From NCBI GenBank assembly GCA_964533055.1, contig CAZHKZ010000002.1, positions 8,129 to 72,128 on the forward strand: DNA of 64,000 nucleotides, in the 5' to 3' direction. This stretch comes from an uncultured Gammaproteobacteria bacterium (lineage in GTDB: Bacteria; Patescibacteriota; Microgenomatia; Levybacterales; UBA12049). Of this stretch, positions 59,407 to 64,000 are shown in pieces; position 1 is the stretch's first letter; each line of letters opens with the position of its first letter. Below the pieces are notes generated by a model, which was not told the DNA's origin, made no database searches, and saw only the letters and a program-made list of their open reading frames with translations. Position numbers and translations under genes: made by a program.

Positions 59407-59407
59407 C

Positions 59408-60073
59408 ATGCCTTATAAAGAAATCAAAAAAAGTAAAGGCTATGAGTTAATCAAGAGACTCCTTGATATTGTTTCATCTTTTTTTCTTCTCCTTTTTTTC
59501 TCTCCAATTATCATCATTGTTGCAATTGCAATAAAGCTTGATTCGCCAGGTCCTATTTTTGCTGATACCCCTCAGAGAGTCGGGAGAAATGGGAAGTTAT
59601 TCAAAATGTTTAAATTCAGATCAATGATACAAAATGCACATAACCTTTTGCGTGAAGATCCAGAGTTTGCCCTTCTTTATGAGCAATATAAGAAAGGTAG
59701 CTATAAGTTAAAGAGTGATCCGCGCATCACTCATGTTGGTAAATTTATTAGAAAACATTCACTAGATGAGGTGCCGCAGTTTCTTAACGTACTTCGAGGC
59801 GATATGAGCCTTGTTGGTCCTCGGGCATATTACCCAGACGAACTTGTTGAGCAGCAGAAGAACTATCCTGACACACAAGATGCTGTAAAGATTGTGCTCT
59901 CAGTTAAGCCTGGAATTACCGGGTATTGGCAGGTTTCTGGAAGAAGTGATATTAACTTCGATAAGAGAATAGAGATGGACGCAGACTATGTAAAAAAAAG
60001 ATCAATTGTTTTTGACATATTCTTAATGGCAAAGTCACCATGGGCAATGCTAACTGGTAAGGGTGCGCTCTAG
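59408..60073 (+). CDS. Priming phosphoglycosyltransferase (Bac_transf; small PglC/WcaJ-C-terminal type)
   Basis: 'KRLLDI', 'IKLDSPGP', 'RVGRNGKLFKMFKFRSM', 'DPRIT', 'SLDEVPQFLNVLRGDMSLVGPR', 'KPGITGYWQVSGRS'. Confidence 0.93.
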   Translation: MPYKEIKKSKGYELIKRLLDIVSSFFLLLFFSPIIIIVAIAIKLDSPGPIFADTPQRVGRNGKLFKMFKFRSMIQNAHNLLREDPEFALLYEQYKKGSYKLKSDPRITHVGKFIRKHSLDEVPQFLNVLRGDMSLVGPRAYYPDELVEQQKNYPDTQDAVKIVLSVKPGITGYWQVSGRSDINFDKRIEMDADYVKKRSIVFDIFLMAKSPWAMLTGKGAL

Positions 60074-60079
60074 AAAAAT

Positions 60080-60109
60080 TTGACAACAAAGAGCTCCCTC
60101 TCGTATCAT
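60080..60109 (+). promoter_or_regulatory. sigma70 promoter TTGACA-18 bp-TATCAT, 7 nt before ATG 60117
   Basis: Perfect -35 at 60080-60085; -10 at 60104-60109. Confidence 0.6.
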
Positions 60110-60116
60110 TATACGT

Positions 60117-62054
60117 ATGTCAGGATTTGAGAAGATTGATTTAGACCTAAAAACAGCTCCAATTGTAGATTCACCCGATATGGCACGAAAGACAAAAAAG
60201 ACATCATTTTTTAAGCGCAACCTCAAAAAAATTAGCATTGGACTTGCAGTCTTCATTGTTATTTTTGTTGTGGGATTTGTCATTCCAGTTCTCGCAGTAG
60301 TTTCATCAGCAAAAAAGACGTATGCACAGGTTAAGCTGCTTTCTGCCGCTATGAAACAGCAGGATATAACAGTCGCTTCAACTGAACTCAAGAAGACCCA
60401 GGCTGCACTCAATGATACAGCTTCCAAAATGAAGTTCTTAGGATACCTTCATTTTGTACCTGTTGCTAACTTCTACTATAACGATGCAGATCATCTGATG
60501 AAGGCTGGTATCGAGGGGCTTAAGACCGGAGATATAGTTGTGGAGTCTCTCAAGCCATACGCAGATGTGCTTGGGTTGAAAGGTCAAGGTAGTTTTACGG
60601 GTGGGTCGGCTGAGGAAAGAATTAAGACAGCTGTGCTTACCATGGGTAAGATCACACCTCGAATTGATGAAATTGCTGCGAGCCTTACTTTAATTCAGAA
60701 AGAAATTGATCAAGTTAACCCAAATCATTATCCAGAATTTATTTTCGGTAAGAAGATTAAGTCTCAGTTGGCTCAGGTAAAGACATTGACTGATCAGGGT
60801 GCAGGTTTTGTAGACCAGGCTCGACCCTTGATCAAAGTGCTCCCATCACTTCTTGGAGAGAATGAAGACAAGCGATACCTCGTACTCTTTCAAAATGATA
60901 AAGAACTTCGACCAACAGGAGGCTTCATTACCGCCTATGCCATTTTTAAGCTTACAAATGGCGTAATTAAACTTGAGAAGTCAGATGATATCTATGTCTT
61001 AGATAACTCAATTTCAGGAAAACCAAAAGCGCCTGCGCCAATTTTGAAGTATTTCCCTAAGGTGAGTGTTCTTAATCTGCGAGACAGTAATTTGTCTCCA
61101 GACTTCATCGAGTCGATGAAGACATTTAAGTCACTTTATAATAAGGCAGGTCAGAAAGTCGATGTTGATGGGATTATCGCAATTGATACGTATGTTCTCA
61201 CATCTACCATCAAAGTTCTTGATGATCAGATCGTGGTAAATGGCCAAACATTTACTACTAAAAATGATCCACGTTGTGATTGTCCGCAAGTTATTTATGC
61301 ACTTGAAGATAACATCTCGCGTCCTGTTAATTATATTAAGACAGACAGGAAAGGTTTGCTAGGGGACATGCTTACGGCTCTTATGAGCAAGGCGCTTTCA
61401 TCCTCGCCAAAGATCTATTGGGGCCCGCTTTTCCAGACTATGCTTACTCAAACCAATCAAAAGCACGTTCTTTTTGATCTTGAGAATGCTGATGCTCAGA
61501 AAGGTATTACAGCTCTTAAAGCTGCTGGTCGGATAGAGGACTTCGAGGGAGACTACTTCCATCTTAATGAAGCAAACTTTAGTGGAGCTAAAGCTAACCT
61601 TTTCTTAAGTCAAACAGTTGAGCATAGTTATACAGTTAAGGGGGGTGTAATTTCAAAAACCGTGACTGTCAATTACAAGAACTTGCACGAGCCATCTGAC
61701 TGCAATCTTGAGCGTGGCGGGCTTTGTCTTAACGCAGAATATAGAGATTGGTTCAGAGTTTATGTACCAAAGGGAAGTAAATTAGTGAGTAGTGATGGGT
61801 CTCAAGTCAAGATGGCTACATCAGAAGATCTTGGAAAGACGGTATTTGAAGGATTTTTGACAGTGCGCCCGCTTGGCAAGGCAACATTAACATTTACATA
61901 CACTCTTCCATTTAAGGTCGAAGGAGCTTCAATCCCACTACTTATCCAGAAACAGCCTGGTACTGACGCTCCAGAATATACCATCAAGGTCAACGGAAGA
62001 ACTGTTCAGAAGTTCCCACTCCTCACCGATAAAGAATCTGAAATTAAATTCTAA
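60117..62054 (+). CDS. DUF4012 domain membrane-anchored protein
   Basis: N-terminal TM, helical stalk, 'YLVLFQNDKELRPTGGF', 'LRDSNLSPDF', 'VDGIIAID', 'RVYVPKGS', 'IQKQPGT'. Confidence 0.8.
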   Translation: MSGFEKIDLDLKTAPIVDSPDMARKTKKTSFFKRNLKKISIGLAVFIVIFVVGFVIPVLAVVSSAKKTYAQVKLLSAAMKQQDITVASTELKKTQAALNDTASKMKFLGYLHFVPVANFYYNDADHLMKAGIEGLKTGDIVVESLKPYADVLGLKGQGSFTGGSAEERIKTAVLTMGKITPRIDEIAASLTLIQKEIDQVNPNHYPEFIFGKKIKSQLAQVKTLTDQGAGFVDQARPLIKVLPSLLGENEDKRYLVLFQNDKELRPTGGFITAYAIFKLTNGVIKLEKSDDIYVLDNSISGKPKAPAPILKYFPKVSVLNLRDSNLSPDFIESMKTFKSLYNKAGQKVDVDGIIAIDTYVLTSTIKVLDDQIVVNGQTFTTKNDPRCDCPQVIYALEDNISRPVNYIKTDRKGLLGDMLTALMSKALSSSPKIYWGPLFQTMLTQTNQKHVLFDLENADAQKGITALKAAGRIEDFEGDYFHLNEANFSGAKANLFLSQTVEHSYTVKGGVISKTVTVNYKNLHEPSDCNLERGGLCLNAEYRDWFRVYVPKGSKLVSSDGSQVKMATSEDLGKTVFEGFLTVRPLGKATLTFTYTLPFKVEGASIPLLIQKQPGTDAPEYTIKVNGRTVQKFPLLTDKESEIKF

Positions 62055-62107
62055 TCGTTCCTCAGATCTTTAGGCTGCGTTCTTAATACTGTATACTTGA
62101 ACTAGTT

Positions 62108-62656
62108 ATGCGAAGCTATAAAACCGAGGCTATCATCATTAAGAGGCGTAATTTTAATGAAGCAGACAGGATCATTACTATACTCACTCGAGATCTTGGG
62201 AAGTTGCAGGTAAAGGCACAAGGTGTACGCAAGATAACAAGTCGACGCTCTCCTCACATTGAACTTCTGAATCACAGTGAACTCTCGCTCTATAAGGGCA
62301 GTAGCATGTCAGTGCTCGTTGAAGCGCAGATGATTGAGGCGTATTCTGATATCAAAAGTGATTTTGAGAAAGTAGGATTTGCTTATCATGTCTGTGAATT
62401 GATAGATGGACTCTGCCCTGAGGGTCAAGAGTATCGCGATGTATTCTTTCTCCTTAAAAAGACTCTAGCTCGAATCTCTCAAGAGCAAGACACGCTTTTA
62501 CCTGTTCATGATTTTGAGATTGAGCTACTCACAATTCTTGGATTCTGGCACAAGACTGCAGAGGACTCAAAAACGCTTAATACGCAAGATTTTATTGAGA
62601 ATATTCTTGAAAGAAGACTTAAAAGTCAGAAGATGTTCTCTCGTCTCCACGAATAG
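62108..62656 (+). CDS. recO: DNA repair protein RecO (short form)
   Basis: 'YKTEAIIIKRRNFNEADRIITILTRDLGK...AQGVRKITSRR', 'ELLN', 'FEIELL...LGF'. Confidence 0.9.
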   Translation: MRSYKTEAIIIKRRNFNEADRIITILTRDLGKLQVKAQGVRKITSRRSPHIELLNHSELSLYKGSSMSVLVEAQMIEAYSDIKSDFEKVGFAYHVCELIDGLCPEGQEYRDVFFLLKKTLARISQEQDTLLPVHDFEIELLTILGFWHKTAEDSKTLNTQDFIENILERRLKSQKMFSRLHE

Positions 62657-62683
62657 CTCCGCGTTTAAGTTTTGGAATAATTC

Positions 62684-62692
62684 TGCTATCAT
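62684..62692 (+). promoter_or_regulatory. Extended -10 (TGcTATCAT), 6 nt before the glyQS ATG
   Basis: tgctatcat-aggctc-ATG (62699). Confidence 0.55.
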
Positions 62693-62698
62693 AGGCTC

Positions 62699-64000
62699 AT
62701 GGCAAGCGTGAGCATGGAAGAATTACAGGCCCTTTTTAAGAGGCGAGGTTTCGTGTACCCAGGGTCTGAGATCTATGGCGGTGTGGCAAATACCTACGAT
62801 TATGGTCCAGTTGGTACTGAAATGTTGCGAAATGTTAAGAATCTTTGGTGGAAATTTTTTGTGCAGAAAAGATCCGATATGGTGGGTCTTGACGCGAGTC
62901 TTATTTCGCATCAAAGGATCTGGGAAGCCTCAGGACATACCGCAAGTTTTGCTGATGCATATGTCGACTGCAAGACATGCCGTACTAGAATTCGAGCAGA
63001 TCATCTAATTGAGGATTACTTAGAGAAATTGTCCCCTGAAGATCTTAAGGCACAGATCACAACAATTTCCGATATCGATCAAGAGAAGCGGGCTATGATC
63101 ATTCATACCAGAAAAGTTGAGGGCTTAAGTGAGTCAGAGATGGAGCAGGTCGTCATTAAGTCGAGTATCCCTTGTCCAAAATGTGGTGAGCATAATTGGA
63201 CTCCAGTGCGAAAGTTCAATCAGCTTTTCCCAGTTCAATTAGGTATTGTAGAAGGAGATCAAGGCGTGGCATATCTTCGAGGTGAGACGGCACAGGGAAT
63301 GTTTGTGGCTTTTGACAGTATCATTAACTCTACGAGAGTGAAGTTGCCATTTGGTGTTGCCCAGGTTGGAAAGAGTTTTAGAAATGAAATAACGCTTGGC
63401 AACTCTGTCTTTAGAACAATTGAATTCGAGCAGGCAGAGATTGAGTATTTCTTTGATCCTAATAAATCTAACTGGGAAGAGCTTTTTCAGATGTGGAAAG
63501 ATCTTATGTGGAAGTTTGCAGTTGATGTGATGGGCATTCGAGAGGAGAACCTGCGTTGGAGAGAACACAGTGACGATGAGCGCTCATTTTATAGTAAAAG
63601 GACTGTGGACCTTGAATACAAGTTTCCCTTCGGATTTAAGGAGTTGTGGGGTCTTGCATATAGAACTGATTATGATCTTAAACAGCATGAAAAATTTTCT
63701 GGTAAAGACTTAAAAATCAACGATCCTGAGACAAATGAAAAAATAACACCACATGTTATCGAACCTGCTGTGGGTATCAATAGACTATTCTTGATGGCTC
63801 TGATTGATAGCTATGAAGTGCAGGATGCTCGAACAATACTAAAATTAAAGCCAATTCTTGCCCCATATAAAGTTGCGGTTTTTCCACTCCTTAAGAATAA
63901 GCCAGAACTGATAGCAAAAGCAGAAGAGGTATACAAAATGCTGCAGGAAAGAATAGATGGAAAGATCGTCTGGGATGATCGTGGTAACATTGGAAAGAGA
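62699..64000 (+). CDS. glyQS: Glycine--tRNA ligase, alpha2 (homodimeric) type, 3'-partial
   Basis: Not in the ORF track because it has no stop in the window. Manual translation: MASVSMEELQALFKRRGFVYPGSEIYGGVANTYDYGPVG...WEASGH...YLRGETAQG...QVGKSFRNEIT...EFEQAEIEYF...PHVIEPAVG...DDRGNIGKR. Confidence 0.95.
   Translation, partial: MASVSMEELQALFKRRGFVYPGSEIYGGVANTYDYGPVGTEMLRNVKNLWWKFFVQKRSDMVGLDASLISHQRIWEASGHTASFADAYVDCKTCRTRIRADHLIEDYLEKLSPEDLKAQITTISDIDQEKRAMIIHTRKVEGLSESEMEQVVIKSSIPCPKCGEHNWTPVRKFNQLFPVQLGIVEGDQGVAYLRGETAQGMFVAFDSIINSTRVKLPFGVAQVGKSFRNEITLGNSVFRTIEFEQAEIEYFFDPNKSNWEELFQMWKDLMWKFAVDVMGIREENLRWREHSDDERSFYSKRTVDLEYKFPFGFKELWGLAYRTDYDLKQHEKFSGKDLKINDPETNEKITPHVIEPAVGINRLFLMALIDSYEVQDARTILKLKPILAPYKVAVFPLLKNKPELIAKAEEVYKMLQERIDGKIVWDDRGNIGKR

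Noticed and set aside
1849-59999. A8/T8 homopolymer runs (e.g. 1849, 7891, 23033, 27328, 30164, 47397, 59992) as phase-variation switches
   Set aside because: Runs of 7-8 A/T are expected in AT-rich DNA, all host ORFs are intact, and no long poly-G/C or SSR tracts were seen.
242-61993. Dozens of 60-160 aa ORFs overlapping the long genes in other frames or antisense (e.g. 13565-14044, 33389-33727, 60050-60427)
   Set aside because: They lie within well-supported CDSs, show no recognisable motifs and are expected shadow ORFs.
62508-63568. ORF-track calls 62508-62711, 62723-62914, 62775-63008 and 63239-63568
   Set aside because: They are shadows of recO and of the real glyQS frame starting at 62699, which the track missed because it runs off the window.
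1-64000. Alternative genetic code (TGA=Gly, code 25)
   Set aside because: TGA repeatedly ends genes at natural C-termini in ATGA/GTGA overlaps, and long ORFs tile the window under code 11.
1-64000. CRISPR arrays, tRNA/rRNA, IS elements, integrases, defence systems
   Set aside because: No repeat-spacer periodicity or transposase/integrase/nuclease motifs were seen, and intergenic gaps are nearly all too short; none looked like a tRNA.

Overview
Almost the whole window (about 1-60,000) is one very large, tightly packed cell-surface glycosylation locus of about 49 genes, nearly all on the + strand and frequently coupled by ATGA/GTGA/TAATG overlaps. It encodes two Wzx-type flippases, 9 GT2 and 8 GT4 domains, and about 16 polytopic GT-C-like transferases (ArnT/PMT_2-, YfhO-, AftD- and TMTC-like), one of which is fused to an O-antigen-ligase domain. 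It also encodes GalE, ManC, a DegT/ArnB aminotransferase with a GNAT acetyltransferase and an SDR enzyme, two SAM methyltransferases, a hexapeptide acyltransferase and a monotopic priming phosphoglycosyltransferase. The locus is followed by a DUF4012 protein, recO and a partial alpha2-type glycyl-tRNA synthetase (glyQS, missing from the ORF track). Gene content and organisation suggest a Patescibacteria/CPR (Microgenomates-like) genome using code 11; this is an inference. The most striking observations are: (1) an ER-like lipid-linked glycosylation factory with a very large GT-C expansion; (2) a convergent pair of paralogous membrane proteins with ALG6/ALG8-like DYPP motifs embedded in an amino-sugar module; (3) two stand-alone 'half' GT-C proteins lacking the catalytic loop; (4) a ligase-GT-C fusion; (5) recurrent extended -10 boxes 6 nt before start codons, suggesting leaderless mRNAs. 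No rRNA, tRNA, CRISPR array or transposase was recognised. All family calls come from motif recognition by eye, without database searches.
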